A stretch of 64,000 bases of DNA, taken from Patescibacteria group bacterium (lineage in GTDB: Bacteria > Patescibacteriota > Patescibacteriia > Magasanikbacterales > GWA2-37-8). The notes beneath the pieces were generated by a model, which saw only the letters and a program-made list of their open reading frames with translations, was not told the origin of the DNA and did no database searches. The position numbers and the translations under genes are program-made. Of this stretch, positions 40,865 to 50,848 are shown piece by piece. Location of the stretch: positions 62,000-125,999 of the forward strand of contig JBAZKA010000001.1 in the NCBI GenBank assembly GCA_041651015.1, in the 5' to 3' direction. Every line of letters starts with the position of its first letter. Position 1 is the first letter of the stretch.

Positions 40865-41034
40865 GTGTTCACGATAGCACAAATTCCGGTTCTTGTCAAG
40901 CCCCTCATTCAGAGACCTGTGTAATTCGACGTATACAATTTCTATAAATTATCTAATAGAAATTTGATTATTCCGCTATTAATGGTCTCTGAGTGAGGGG
41001 TCAAGAGCTTTTCGTTTATCCACTGTTTAAGCCA

Positions 41035-41379
41035 TTATTTCACGGCCGCGATAATGGCGGAAAAGATTTTTGGATTGGTTTCGGCAATCTCGGCCAAAAC
41101 CTTGCGGTTCAAATTGATGCCTTTCTTTTTCAAGGCACCAATGAATTTGGAATAGGACAGGCCTTCGGCGCGGACTGCGGCGTTGATGTTCACCGACCAA
41201 TTGGCGCGAGCCAAGCGTTTCTTTAAGTGGCGTCCGACTACGGCGTGAGCGCCGGCTTTGCTTCGGGCTGTTTTAGCCAGTTTCATTTTTGATTTACGTC
41301 CCCAGCGATAACCCTTGGTCGCTTTGAGGATATTCTTGCGGTGTTTGGCATGAATCATGCCGCCTTTAATTCTGGTCAT
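41035..41379 (-). CDS. rplT: 50S ribosomal protein L20
   Basis: TRIKGG...KGY, INAAVR..GLSYSKFI..LKK.GI.LNRKVLAEIA. Confidence 0.97.
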   Translation of the reverse strand: MTRIKGGMIHAKHRKNILKATKGYRWGRKSKMKLAKTARSKAGAHAVVGRHLKKRLARANWSVNINAAVRAEGLSYSKFIGALKKKGINLNRKVLAEIAETNPKIFSAIIAAVK

Positions 41380-41384
41380 AGTGG

Positions 41385-41576
41385 TTAAGCGATATTTTCT
41401 TTAACAAAATGTTCCATTCTCGGGCTAAGCGTCATGTCTGAACGCTTATTGCGTTTCACATTACCGGTTTCTCGGCTGTTGAAATGCGCTTGTCCGCTTT
41501 TGCGTTTGATCACCTTGCCGGTTTTCGTCACGCGGAATCTCTTGGAGATTGACTTGTTGGTTTTCATCTTTGCCAT
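41385..41576 (-). CDS. rpmI: 50S ribosomal protein L35
   Basis: KMKTNKS..KRFRVTKTGKV; synteny with infC and rplT. Confidence 0.95.
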   Translation of the reverse strand: MAKMKTNKSISKRFRVTKTGKVIKRKSGQAHFNSRETGNVKRNKRSDMTLSPRMEHFVKENIA

Positions 41577-41613
41577 AACGTTGAATTAATTGTTTGAAAA
41601 TGTAAAAGGTAAT

Positions 41614-42162
41614 TTAGGTTTTGAAAATTGTGGCCGTAATCGTACTACCTTGACGCTCAACTTCCTGATCGTATTTGATGGTAATATCCGCGGTGGCCGA
41701 TTGAATAAATTTTTTGATCATTTCAAAGGCCATGGCTGATTGCTGATTTTCCCGTCCGCGTAAACAAACGTCAACTTTTACTTTGTCTCCGCCGTTCAAA
41801 AAGTTCAAGGTTTGTTTACGGCGAATTTCCATATCATTGGCGCCAATACGTAGAGACAAGCGGACGCATTTTGTCTTGGAGACATGCTGGTGCGCTTTGC
41901 GGATGCGGGAGGCCTTTTCTTGCTGGTATTGGTATTGACCGAAGTTCATGATTTTCGCCACCGGCGGTTCGGTCTTTGGATTGATTTCCACTAAATCCAT
42001 TTCTTGTTCGCGCGCTTTGCGGATCGCTTCGCCGGTCGTCATTACACCCAAACTGGCGCCGGTTGCATCCAAAACTAAAACCTGAAGAGCTTTAATCCCT
42101 TCGTTAAAGAAAAATTCTTTTTTTGGTTCTTCCGGTTTTCTGCGACGATGCGAAATACGCAT
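41614..42162 (-). CDS. infC: translation initiation factor IF-3
   Basis: NE.I....V, DLVEINP...PPVAKIMNFG, GDKVKV...RGRE. Confidence 0.96.
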   Translation of the reverse strand: MRISHRRRKPEEPKKEFFFNEGIKALQVLVLDATGASLGVMTTGEAIRKAREQEMDLVEINPKTEPPVAKIMNFGQYQYQQEKASRIRKAHQHVSKTKCVRLSLRIGANDMEIRRKQTLNFLNGGDKVKVDVCLRGRENQQSAMAFEMIKKFIQSATADITIKYDQEVERQGSTITATIFKT

Positions 42163-42167
42163 AAATT

Positions 42168-42260
42168 AGTTTATAAAGTTCATAAAGTTATAAAGTTCAT
42201 AAAGTAATGTGAATTTTGTGAACATAGGGTCGCGAAACTTTACAAACTTTATAAACTTTT
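42168..42260. repeat. imperfect inverted repeat built of (T/C)ATAAAGTT-like units, copy B
   Basis: Related to 22819-22909. Confidence 0.8.
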
Positions 42261-42285
42261 TACTTTTAACTTGCCGCGAAGCGGC

Positions 42286-42681
42286 GGTGGAGATGGCGAG
42301 AGTCGAACTCGCGTCCAGATGGCCACGCCACAGCCGTCTACATGCTTAGTTCTCTTATTTTTAACCAAACTGTATTCAGAGAACGAAAATTCGTTTGGCG
42401 TGCCGGCTTTGCCTTTCAATTACTTCACCTCCGGCTCGGTTGGTAATCTACGCCTGATGATTTGCGCCGCGTTTAGTTACCAGGTGTGGCTAAGGCGACG
42501 GAAGCGGCAATTAAGCCGCGACAGGAGCAAAACTCATCGCCGGGCTAAAAGCTCGAGCAATGGATGTTTTGACTTTTGAAAATAAGTTGGCACTTATTAT
42601 TTGGTCCATGTATTTACGAGGGTTGGACCGACCTCGGCATGCGAACTATAACGCCGGTCTCTGTCAAAGCCCGGCATCCCC
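42286..42681 (-). ncRNA. ssrA: tmRNA
   Basis: 5' GGGGATG and 3' CATCTCCACC acceptor with G3-U wobble, T-arm GAGTTCGACTC, tag ORF ending VAA-stop, abuts smpB. Confidence 0.95.
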
Positions 42682-42682
42682 A

Positions 42683-43126
42683 TTACATATTTTTCAATGT
42701 TCTTTTGACTTCTTTGGCTGAGTCGCGCTTCTTGATTGACTCGCGTTTATCAAATTGCTTCTTACCGCGAGCCACGCCGACCTCAACTTTTACAAAGCGG
42801 TTTTTAGTATACACCTTTAAAGGTACGATTGTCAAGCCCTTTTCTTGTGATTTGGCGCGTAAATAATCAATTTCCTTTTTTTTGAGAAGCAGGCGACGGC
42901 TGTGGGTCGGGTCATAGTCGGGATTGGGGCCGGCCGGCTGATAAGCGCTGATATGGGCGTTGGTGAGCAGGGCGTCGCTCCCGTGAAAGGTGACAAACGA
43001 GCCTTTTAAATTCATATGTCCGGCTTTGGCGGATTTTACTTCGGCGCCGGTCAATACTAAACCCGCTTCCAGTTTTTTCAGAATTTCATAGTCAAAAAAG
43101 GCTTTTTTGTTTTCGGTTAGAGACAT
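42683..43126 (-). CDS. smpB: SsrA-binding protein
   Basis: ENKKAFFDY....EAGLVLTG.EVKS, R.LLL.KKEI, GKK.FDKRESIK. Confidence 0.97.
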   Translation of the reverse strand: MSLTENKKAFFDYEILKKLEAGLVLTGAEVKSAKAGHMNLKGSFVTFHGSDALLTNAHISAYQPAGPNPDYDPTHSRRLLLKKKEIDYLRAKSQEKGLTIVPLKVYTKNRFVKVEVGVARGKKQFDKRESIKKRDSAKEVKRTLKNM

Positions 43127-43208
43127 AATAAACGAATTTTATCATAATTATTAGCAAAAATCAATCCTATTTATTTATTTTCACTTTTATGCTACATTAT
43201 ATATACTT

Positions 43209-44009
43209 ATGTCTCTTTCAGCGAGAAAATTTTCAGTGCATCCGAAGCTGGCCGCGGCCGTGGATTTATTGTTAAACCTCGGCACGCTTTTATTGTTTCC
43301 CAAATTGACCGGTTGGCAATGGTTCGCCGCTTGGTTTGTGATTCGCGCCGTGCTTTGGGCGCTCTTCATCCGGCTGGTATATTATCCGCCCGAGCTTTCC
43401 CGCTGGCGCCATTTTTGGTCGCTGATATTTTTTAATTTCGGCGTCATTGTCGCGCTGTCAATTTTTATTGAATGGACCGTGGCCTGGTATTTGCTCGCGG
43501 CCGTGTTTGTAATTTTTTCCGCCGCCAGTTTTTGGCTGTTGCCGTCAGGTGAAAGTTTGCTCGCGTTTTATCGCAAACCTTTTCGCCGTTGGTTATTTCT
43601 AATGGACGCATTTGGGTTGGCCGGTTTTTGGTGTGGTATTTTTGCTTTGATGCAATTCCAATTGTGGCAAAATACTTTTTATCCTTTTTTGGAATTTCTC
43701 GGCGCGCTTTTGACCGCGGCCGTGTCGCTTTGGTGGTGGCGCGCTTATGGCATGGAATATTCTCGGCGATTTTGGCTGTCGCTCGCGGTGATTTTTCTTC
43801 TCACCTTTGAACTAGCTTGGATTGTCACCCGTTGGCCGATTGGTTTTATGGTGAGCGGAATGGTAATGATTTGGTTTTGGTATATTTTATGGCTGGTGAT
43901 GAGATTTAATTTATCCAAAGAGGGCATTGATTGGAAAAAGCAAAAATTCTTTTTGGTTTCCAGTGTAATTTTATTTATTTTATTTATGTTACTCGCCCGC
44001 TGGCGATAA
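43209..44009 (+). CDS. polytopic membrane protein, hypothetical
   Basis: Multiple Trp/Phe-rich TM segments. Confidence 0.75.
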   Translation: MSLSARKFSVHPKLAAAVDLLLNLGTLLLFPKLTGWQWFAAWFVIRAVLWALFIRLVYYPPELSRWRHFWSLIFFNFGVIVALSIFIEWTVAWYLLAAVFVIFSAASFWLLPSGESLLAFYRKPFRRWLFLMDAFGLAGFWCGIFALMQFQLWQNTFYPFLEFLGALLTAAVSLWWWRAYGMEYSRRFWLSLAVIFLLTFELAWIVTRWPIGFMVSGMVMIWFWYILWLVMRFNLSKEGIDWKKQKFFLVSSVILFILFMLLARWR

Positions 44010-44016
44010 ATTTACT

Positions 44017-45108
44017 ATGATTCCTCCACATTTACCCAAACCGTCTTGTAATATTGCCGCGCATCAGCGCTGGCTCGGGATTAAAATCATGATGATCGGT
44101 TCCGCTTTTGGTTTGATCGCCGGATTGACCGGCGCGATTATTGTCATTGGTTGGATCTGGCCGGGTTATGGCGGGGGAGACACTTGGGTGGTGTCGCAAA
44201 ATCGTAGCACGGTTTCCTCGGCTTCGCTTGATGAAACGACCAGCCGTGATAGTTCGGATAGAGTGTTTACAATTTATAAAACAACTTCCAAAATAAATGA
44301 ATTGGAATACTTGGCCGCGGAAAATAAATTGGGCGAAGCGGTGGTGATAAGTTCGGACGGCTGGCTCGCGCTGGCGGTAGAAAATAAAAGCGCGTTGACA
44401 AATATTGTCAAAGCTCGCGCTTTAGGTTCTGACGGCGCGGTATTCGCGGTGCAAAAAACAATTTTTGATCCGTATGCAAAAATTTTATATGTCAAAATAA
44501 ATCCGGTCAATCAAGCGGCGGGTGGAACACCGGCCACGCAATTCAGAGTGGCTATCTTTGAAGAAACAATTGCGCCCTATGACCAAATATTTATCCGCGA
44601 GAATAATGAGTGGCGGCAAACCGCGGTGGGGCAAAAACAATCAGACGCCGCGGCGCATTTGGACGGCGCCCCGGGATATTCTTATTCGGTTGACGGACGA
44701 TTTTCCGCCGGTACCGTGGCCATAAACAGCCGTGGGCGAGTAGTTGGCTTAATTGATTCAAGCGGACGTCTTTCACCCAGTATTTTTGTGACGCGCATCA
44801 TGCCGTCCATACTTGGACAGCAAAAAATTTCTTATCCGACTTTTGGCGTCAGCGGTTGGTCATCGGGCGACGCAACGGCCATTGTTTCCAGTTCCGTGGT
44901 TTCCGGCTTTGCGGTAGATGATGTCTGGAGCAAAAAATCCAAATTGAAAAAAGGCGACGTGATTATGGAAATCAACGGGCAAATTGTTCGTGATGAGACA
45001 TTGTGGTATAATATCAGCGGAAAACAAGCGACCGTAACTGTTTGGCGCGGCACTGCGTCTGTGGATTTGATAGTGGATATTTTGGCGGCCGATGCCGGTT
45101 CGTTGTAG
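44017..45108 (+). CDS. HtrA/DegP-like trypsin-fold + PDZ protein, catalytic residues apparently missing
   Basis: G.AVVISSDGW, INSRGRVVG, LKKGDVIMEING. Confidence 0.7.
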   Translation: MIPPHLPKPSCNIAAHQRWLGIKIMMIGSAFGLIAGLTGAIIVIGWIWPGYGGGDTWVVSQNRSTVSSASLDETTSRDSSDRVFTIYKTTSKINELEYLAAENKLGEAVVISSDGWLALAVENKSALTNIVKARALGSDGAVFAVQKTIFDPYAKILYVKINPVNQAAGGTPATQFRVAIFEETIAPYDQIFIRENNEWRQTAVGQKQSDAAAHLDGAPGYSYSVDGRFSAGTVAINSRGRVVGLIDSSGRLSPSIFVTRIMPSILGQQKISYPTFGVSGWSSGDATAIVSSSVVSGFAVDDVWSKKSKLKKGDVIMEINGQIVRDETLWYNISGKQATVTVWRGTASVDLIVDILAADAGSL

Positions 45109-45150
45109 GTTTTTTACAAATAAAATTATCAATTATTTTAAATTAAAATT

Positions 45151-45477
45151 ATGCAACCAGATATAATTACCGCGTTTGTGTCTGAACTTTTGAAAAAGGC
45201 CGGCTTGTCTGACGTGCCGAAAAATTTTTATGATGAATACGCCGAGAAAATCGGCGCGGAAGTGCAAAAGCGTTTGGGTGTGGTGGCGATGAACGAGTTG
45301 CGCCCGGATGCCGTGGAAAAATTCGGCGAACTGGTGGCGCGAGACGCAAAGCCTGAGGAATTGGCTGTGTTTTTTCAGGAAAATATTCCGGATTATGAAG
45401 TGAAAATTACTGAAGCACTCAAGGATTTTGCCGATGACTTTTTAGCCTCGGCCGCGAAATTAAAATCCGAAGTATAA
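45151..45477 (+). CDS. small acidic helical protein (DUF5663-like)
   Basis: LL..AGL...R.G......L...FF...IPDY pattern. Confidence 0.6.
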   Translation: MQPDIITAFVSELLKKAGLSDVPKNFYDEYAEKIGAEVQKRLGVVAMNELRPDAVEKFGELVARDAKPEELAVFFQENIPDYEVKITEALKDFADDFLASAAKLKSEV

Positions 45478-45482
45478 ATTTT

Positions 45483-45656
45483 ATGGCGGATAAAAACGGC
45501 AAAGTTGCCGCTTACAAAAAATTGGTGAAAGATTACGGAGAATGGAACTCGCTGATGAATCGTTTGGAAAAAGACGAGTTGGATTTAAGGCGCAAGTTTT
45601 CGGCTGTTTCTGATCAAGCCAAAATGGAAGATGTAAAAAAGAAAATCAAACAATAA
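45483..45656 (+). CDS. 57-aa coiled-coil protein (below the ORF-track cutoff)
   Basis: MADKNGKVAAYKKLVKDYGEWNSLMNRLEKDELDLRRKFSAVSDQAKMEDVKKKIKQ fills the gap between neighbouring genes. Confidence 0.65.
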   Translation: MADKNGKVAAYKKLVKDYGEWNSLMNRLEKDELDLRRKFSAVSDQAKMEDVKKKIKQ

Positions 45657-45673
45657 ATTTTGAATTGTCCAAT

Positions 45674-48600
45674 ATGCCTAAAAAAATTGAACGGGAATTT
45701 CTGAGCGATGATTTGGAAACTTTGGCCATGACTGATCATGAAGAATTTGGTAAACGTGTCTATTCTATTAGCGATAAATTAGCGGACAAAATGTCTGCCG
45801 CCAGAAAAACTCGCGATCAATGGGCAACTGACGCGCCCAAACAAAAGAAAAGACGCAAAAATTTTTATGAAAAAATGGATGGCGGAGATTTAGTCATGGT
45901 GATTATTAAGGCTAATGACGCGGTTCGGGATTTGATAAGCCTGCAATACTCAAGCAGTTCCAAGCGAGACGCGAATCGTGAGGATGAAATAATCAAGGAA
46001 GCGGTCAAGGCCGCGGTAAATTTGGAAAATGCTCTTCACGAGGCCGAAGAACTTGATTTTGAAAAAAAGATTCCGGCGGGTGAACAATTTAACGAACATG
46101 GTTTCAAGGAAAAATTGGCCGACATGGAAATTGAAGTCACGCGCGGTTCGGCCCGATTGCAAAAATACAAAAATATTCACGCGCAATTCAAGAATACGCC
46201 ATCGTTTGCCCTGTATAGCAATGAATTTGTGCGTCAATTGAATGATTTTGATCACGCGATTAATCAGGCCGAGTCATTGGCCGCTGAATTAAAAACAGAC
46301 ATTGATGACATGAATGATTTGTTGAGCGATGACAACGCGAGTGAAAAAGAACTAAAAGTGAGAATCGCCGATTTAGAAAAGAAGCAAAAAAATATTGCCG
46401 ACGTCGTGGCTAAAATTGAGACGGACACGCCGGAGATGAACAAAGAATACGAACAAAAGTTAAAATTTTACAATCGAATTTTCGGCGCCGCGCGCCAATT
46501 GAATGAATTTAAGAAGGGACCGGATTTTGATCTTTTGCCCAATGGCAGAAAGATTGTCTTTGAATTGTTGCATAGAGCGCAAAAAATCCAAGACCAACAA
46601 CTAACCGATGAAGAAATTCAAGATTTTGAAAACGAAGTGGCTAAGAAAGTTTTTAACGCAGTGGATAAAATAAAGTCCGAACAACAAGCCGTCCGCGAAG
46701 CCGAGGCGGCCAAAACCGAAGCAGATAAAGTGGAAGCGGAAAATCAAAAGGAGATAGAGAAATTATCTACCGAATATAGATTACCCATACGAATTGAAAG
46801 CGACCAGATTAAAAAAATGTCCGAGGAGCTGAAACCGTTGATAAAATTTGCCGAATATGCCGGTTCAACGGCCGGTGCGGATTTGGATATTGATCCGAGT
46901 AAAATCGCGCTGGTAAAGTCGGTGGAACGAAATATTTGGCAGGCCGGTTTAAACATTATGGATTTGTCCGAGGCGTTCTCCGGACAAAGCAAAATGTCGC
47001 TCGCTGAAATTCGCAAACGCATTGCCGATTACGACGCGGAATTCAAAGCGGCGAAAAATAATTTTGACGAAGCCATGGAAATAATTGACGGTGTCCGGAC
47101 ACGAATGGTTCATAATTTACGAGCCGAATTTTCTGCCGTGCGTTTGTCCAAAGAGCATATTACCGACCGTGAAGAAGCCATCTTGCGCGGCTTGGAAGCG
47201 ATGTTGAGAAATACCAAGGATTTAACTTGGCGGGATATTGAAGACGTAAAATTTATCCTGAAGAAGAACGTCTTGGCGCCGATGGGCGAATCCATAAAAA
47301 AATCTTTGGAAGCAGGGGTTGAGACTCAACCAGATTTGGTTAAACCGAAAGCGGAAAAATCCGCGGAAGAAATGTTGACCGGCGCTTTTCCGAAAGACGA
47401 ATCAACACCGAGCAAACCGGAAGAAATAAAATTAACCAGAAAAGAAATTATCGCCGAAATAGGCGAGATGTACAAAAATGAAGGTGTGATCAATCTGAAT
47501 TCTCAAGAAATTTTGGATGTTTTACAACCCAAGGATATTGAGGCCATGATTGAACATTTGCGCGCTGATGCCATGGCCAAGAGCGATGGGAATTCCGGCG
47601 AGTTCAAAAGAATTTTGCGCGAATCTTTGAACAAAGATTTACTCAAATCATTGAGTGATGAAACTCGCGACAAAATCGGCGAAGCCGTGATTGAGCAAAC
47701 ATACGCTTTGCTCAAAGGCGCGGTGGACGCTGAATCGCGCGCGGAAATTTTGCGTTTGCAAACTTCCAAAGCGGAAAAGTTCGCACGCGTGGGAGCGGTG
47801 GGCGCCAGCATCGCCGCGCGGATTGGTCTTGGCGTCGGTTTGGGCGTTGTTTCGGCGCCGGTGGTGGCGGCCACGGGCGGAGCGGCCTCGGTGGTGGTGG
47901 GCGCGGGCATGGTGGGAATGAACAAAGCCATTGATCGTTTGTCGGAGACGGCGCCGGTCAAAAAAATTAAATCTTTTTTTGGAAATTTATTAAAGCGCAA
48001 CAGGCCGGCGATTGATGAAGCCAGAGTAATTGAGAGCACGGCCAAAGCGACCATTACGCCGGAAATGTTGGCCAATGTTTTATCCGGACAATTACGCGAG
48101 AATACCAGCGAGGAATTGCGTTATCGCATAGAAACTTTTTCACAATTAAAGAAATCCGCCGAGCATACCTTATCTCCGGACGCGATAGGAAAATTTGCGT
48201 CATCTTTGGATGATATGTCCAAAGATTTTTACCAAAATAGTTTTGACTATTTGACGTTAAAATACGCCGACCAGAATCTGTCGCCGGAAACAATCTCGGT
48301 GGTGGCCCGATTGATGACGGCTGAAATAAACACCAATCAGAAAAATGAGATGAACACCGCCGAGGCGGCCGAAAAGAAACCAACCGCGGTGAAAGTAATG
48401 GAAAAAATTACCAAAATCAAATCGCACTCGGTCGGCGCGTTTTTCTTTGGCGGCTGCATGTCACTCGCCTTGGCCGAGGGCCCGGCCGTTGCTCGCGTGG
48501 TCGGCGGAGCCTTGTCCGGCGCCGGTCTGGGTTTGATGATTGAAGGACGAATGCGCGTTTCGGCCGATAAAAAAATAATTGATAAAAACAAGGAACTTTT

Positions 48601-49987
48601 GCCGGCTTGGGAAAACATCTCGCGTAAAAGCGGCGGCGCAATCATGAGTAAAGATTGGACAAAATACCAAAACGACATCGCTTTGATGCGTAAAAATTTG
48701 AACGAAGGTAAATTTGACACAGATCCGCTAACCAAAATTCGCGTGGAAAATTTATCATCGCGCTTTGAGCGCATGATGATTGAACGCGGCAAAGTGGGTA
48801 AAAAATTGGTGGCGGAAATTGCCGCGGATTTGAACAAGCAGTTAAGTGATTACAACACTGTCGCCAAAAAACACGAAAAAAGTTTGATGAAAATTTTTGG
48901 CATCAAAGACCGCCGTACGGTTTTCGTTCGGGCCGGCGCGGTGGTAGGCGCAGTTTTTGGATATTTTATGTCCCAAGGCGGTTGGCATAAAATTATGTCG
49001 TTGTTTAATAACGAACCGCCGGTCGGGCAAACGATTGCTTTCAAAGATCAGGATTTACCCGCTTTGCATCGCACTCCGGGCGTATCAATAACCAAAGAGG
49101 AGCAGTTTTCTATGAGGGAAGTGCCCGCTGAGCCGGTTGCCCGTCATCACGTCACGCATCAAACGGCTCGCCGCGCGGAAGAAATTTTGTCTGCACCAAC
49201 GGCCGTTCAGACTGCATCGCCGATTCCGGAAAATCCGTATGGCAATAATGGCGGTAATGATCTGATTGAAGAGGAATTACAAAAAGTAAAAATTTCTCAC
49301 GAGGTTGACTCGGATATTTTTGAACATTTTGATCGTTCGGAGCATCCGCGTTTAAGCGATGAAAATTACCAACGCATGTTGAAAATTTATTCCGAATCCG
49401 GTTCGGAAAAAGCGCGAGATTATTTGGATTCCATTGAACACGGCCGCGGACACGCTGATAGATTGGATTCAATTAAACACAAATTTGGATCACGCATGGA
49501 CGAAGCGGTGAACAAGCAAGCCGAACAAATTAAAAATCAGATGAATGAGTCGCCGAGGAGTGCGACAAATCGTGTTATGTCCGAATTGCCGGTTGAGCGC
49601 GGTACCGAATTTATTATTAATGAGGCTGATGCAGACGCAGATGCCGGAGTCGAGGATGGAGGTGTGGTGGAAACTGATGCGGGCGCTGCTGACGCGCAAC
49701 GCGAGGCCTCGGTAAAAAAAGCCTTGGCGCACGCGCGTGAACAATCCGCTCAAGCGCACTCCATTGCCGAAGATCGTTTTCAAAGAGGGGTAGACCAACT
49801 TGGGTCAAATGCGCATCAGGCTTATGATTGGTTGAATGAGCGGGTGAATGATGCAAATTTAGCCCCGGATCAATCTGTTAAAATAAAGGACTTGATGGAT
49901 CAATTTAAACAGAGTGTCAGAAGTGGCAAAATTTCGCCATCGTTGATGAACGAAATAAATCGCGAGATGACGGCACACGACATATAA
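45674..49987 (+). CDS. giant coiled-coil protein with Gly/Ala-rich hydrophobic segments
   Basis: ~1437 aa; E/K-rich helices; three glycine-rich hydrophobic stretches. Confidence 0.8.
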   Translation: MPKKIEREFLSDDLETLAMTDHEEFGKRVYSISDKLADKMSAARKTRDQWATDAPKQKKRRKNFYEKMDGGDLVMVIIKANDAVRDLISLQYSSSSKRDANREDEIIKEAVKAAVNLENALHEAEELDFEKKIPAGEQFNEHGFKEKLADMEIEVTRGSARLQKYKNIHAQFKNTPSFALYSNEFVRQLNDFDHAINQAESLAAELKTDIDDMNDLLSDDNASEKELKVRIADLEKKQKNIADVVAKIETDTPEMNKEYEQKLKFYNRIFGAARQLNEFKKGPDFDLLPNGRKIVFELLHRAQKIQDQQLTDEEIQDFENEVAKKVFNAVDKIKSEQQAVREAEAAKTEADKVEAENQKEIEKLSTEYRLPIRIESDQIKKMSEELKPLIKFAEYAGSTAGADLDIDPSKIALVKSVERNIWQAGLNIMDLSEAFSGQSKMSLAEIRKRIADYDAEFKAAKNNFDEAMEIIDGVRTRMVHNLRAEFSAVRLSKEHITDREEAILRGLEAMLRNTKDLTWRDIEDVKFILKKNVLAPMGESIKKSLEAGVETQPDLVKPKAEKSAEEMLTGAFPKDESTPSKPEEIKLTRKEIIAEIGEMYKNEGVINLNSQEILDVLQPKDIEAMIEHLRADAMAKSDGNSGEFKRILRESLNKDLLKSLSDETRDKIGEAVIEQTYALLKGAVDAESRAEILRLQTSKAEKFARVGAVGASIAARIGLGVGLGVVSAPVVAATGGAASVVVGAGMVGMNKAIDRLSETAPVKKIKSFFGNLLKRNRPAIDEARVIESTAKATITPEMLANVLSGQLRENTSEELRYRIETFSQLKKSAEHTLSPDAIGKFASSLDDMSKDFYQNSFDYLTLKYADQNLSPETISVVARLMTAEINTNQKNEMNTAEAAEKKPTAVKVMEKITKIKSHSVGAFFFGGCMSLALAEGPAVARVVGGALSGAGLGLMIEGRMRVSADKKIIDKNKELLPAWENISRKSGGAIMSKDWTKYQNDIALMRKNLNEGKFDTDPLTKIRVENLSSRFERMMIERGKVGKKLVAEIAADLNKQLSDYNTVAKKHEKSLMKIFGIKDRRTVFVRAGAVVGAVFGYFMSQGGWHKIMSLFNNEPPVGQTIAFKDQDLPALHRTPGVSITKEEQFSMREVPAEPVARHHVTHQTARRAEEILSAPTAVQTASPIPENPYGNNGGNDLIEEELQKVKISHEVDSDIFEHFDRSEHPRLSDENYQRMLKIYSESGSEKARDYLDSIEHGRGHADRLDSIKHKFGSRMDEAVNKQAEQIKNQMNESPRSATNRVMSELPVERGTEFIINEADADADAGVEDGGVVETDAGAADAQREASVKKALAHAREQSAQAHSIAEDRFQRGVDQLGSNAHQAYDWLNERVNDANLAPDQSVKIKDLMDQFKQSVRSGKISPSLMNEINREMTAHDI

Positions 49988-50040
49988 TTTTCCGCAAAAA
50001 TAGTAACAAAAGACGCGCTTCTCAGCGCGCCTTTTTGCTA

Positions 50041-50069
50041 TTGACAATTATTTAAAATTGTGTTATATT
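50041..50069 (+). promoter_or_regulatory. sigma70 promoter
   Basis: TTGACA-17-(TG)TATATT. Confidence 0.8.
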
Positions 50070-50245
50070 CACTTGCTGTGCGCATTGCGCGTATTAGTAT
50101 TTTGCTCATTACAATTGGTAGGTTTGATATAAATTTTCGTTCCGAATATAGCGAAGAATACATAAATTCTTGGTTGTGTTCGGAACGACAAAGACAAAAC
50201 AAACTGCGCCCGGCTTAAAACGCCAGGCCAAAAAAGGAGAAAAAA

Positions 50246-50848
50246 ATGGATGAAGTTAAAAAACCGACTTTAGGTACGGATGATCCGGAGGTACTCGCCG
50301 CACTCGCCGCGAAAAAGGCCACGACTGGCAAAGGAGGCACTTCGACCAAGACGGTCAAGGATGCGCTACCGTCCGCCGCGTCATCGATGTCGGTACGATC
50401 AAATGCGGTCGCTGGAGTAATTTTAGTGGGCATTGTGTTCGTCATCGTCATGGGCGGCTTCTTCGTCTACAGCGGGGTAAAAAGCATGCGCGCAGAAGAG
50501 TTTACACCTTCTTCCACCACAGTCGCAGGACTGAACAAACCGTCGACGCCCGTCACCGCTTCTTCCGCGGTCAGCATGAAGTTGGTGATGAACAATCGGT
50601 GTGTCTCTTTGTACGAGGGGCAGACCAAGGGCTTTCTACCGACGGACGTCAGCTGCCTGAACGACAAAGAGTTTAACGGCTATCTCGTTCGCGACATCGT
50701 GAACGAAGATCCGAAAAAACTGTCCCTGTTTTGCTACGGACTGTTTCAGGCGGATCGGGCCGCCGGACTCGAGTGCAGCGGTAAGCAATGGGGACAGATT
50801 TATAGCAAGTTGTCCCCGGGCACCTCGTTTCCTTATGCGGCAAAGTAA
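50246..50848 (+). CDS. single-TM hypothetical protein with a Cys-containing ectodomain
   Basis: AAGGAG SD; TM VAGVILVGIVFVIVMGGFFVY. Confidence 0.75.
   Translation: MDEVKKPTLGTDDPEVLAALAAKKATTGKGGTSTKTVKDALPSAASSMSVRSNAVAGVILVGIVFVIVMGGFFVYSGVKSMRAEEFTPSSTTVAGLNKPSTPVTASSAVSMKLVMNNRCVSLYEGQTKGFLPTDVSCLNDKEFNGYLVRDIVNEDPKKLSLFCYGLFQADRAAGLECSGKQWGQIYSKLSPGTSFPYAAK

Noticed and set aside
42270-42300. Integrative element at the ssrA 3' end
   Set aside because: No integrase and no duplicated 3' end seen; only a small gccgc-gaa-gcggc hairpin follows.
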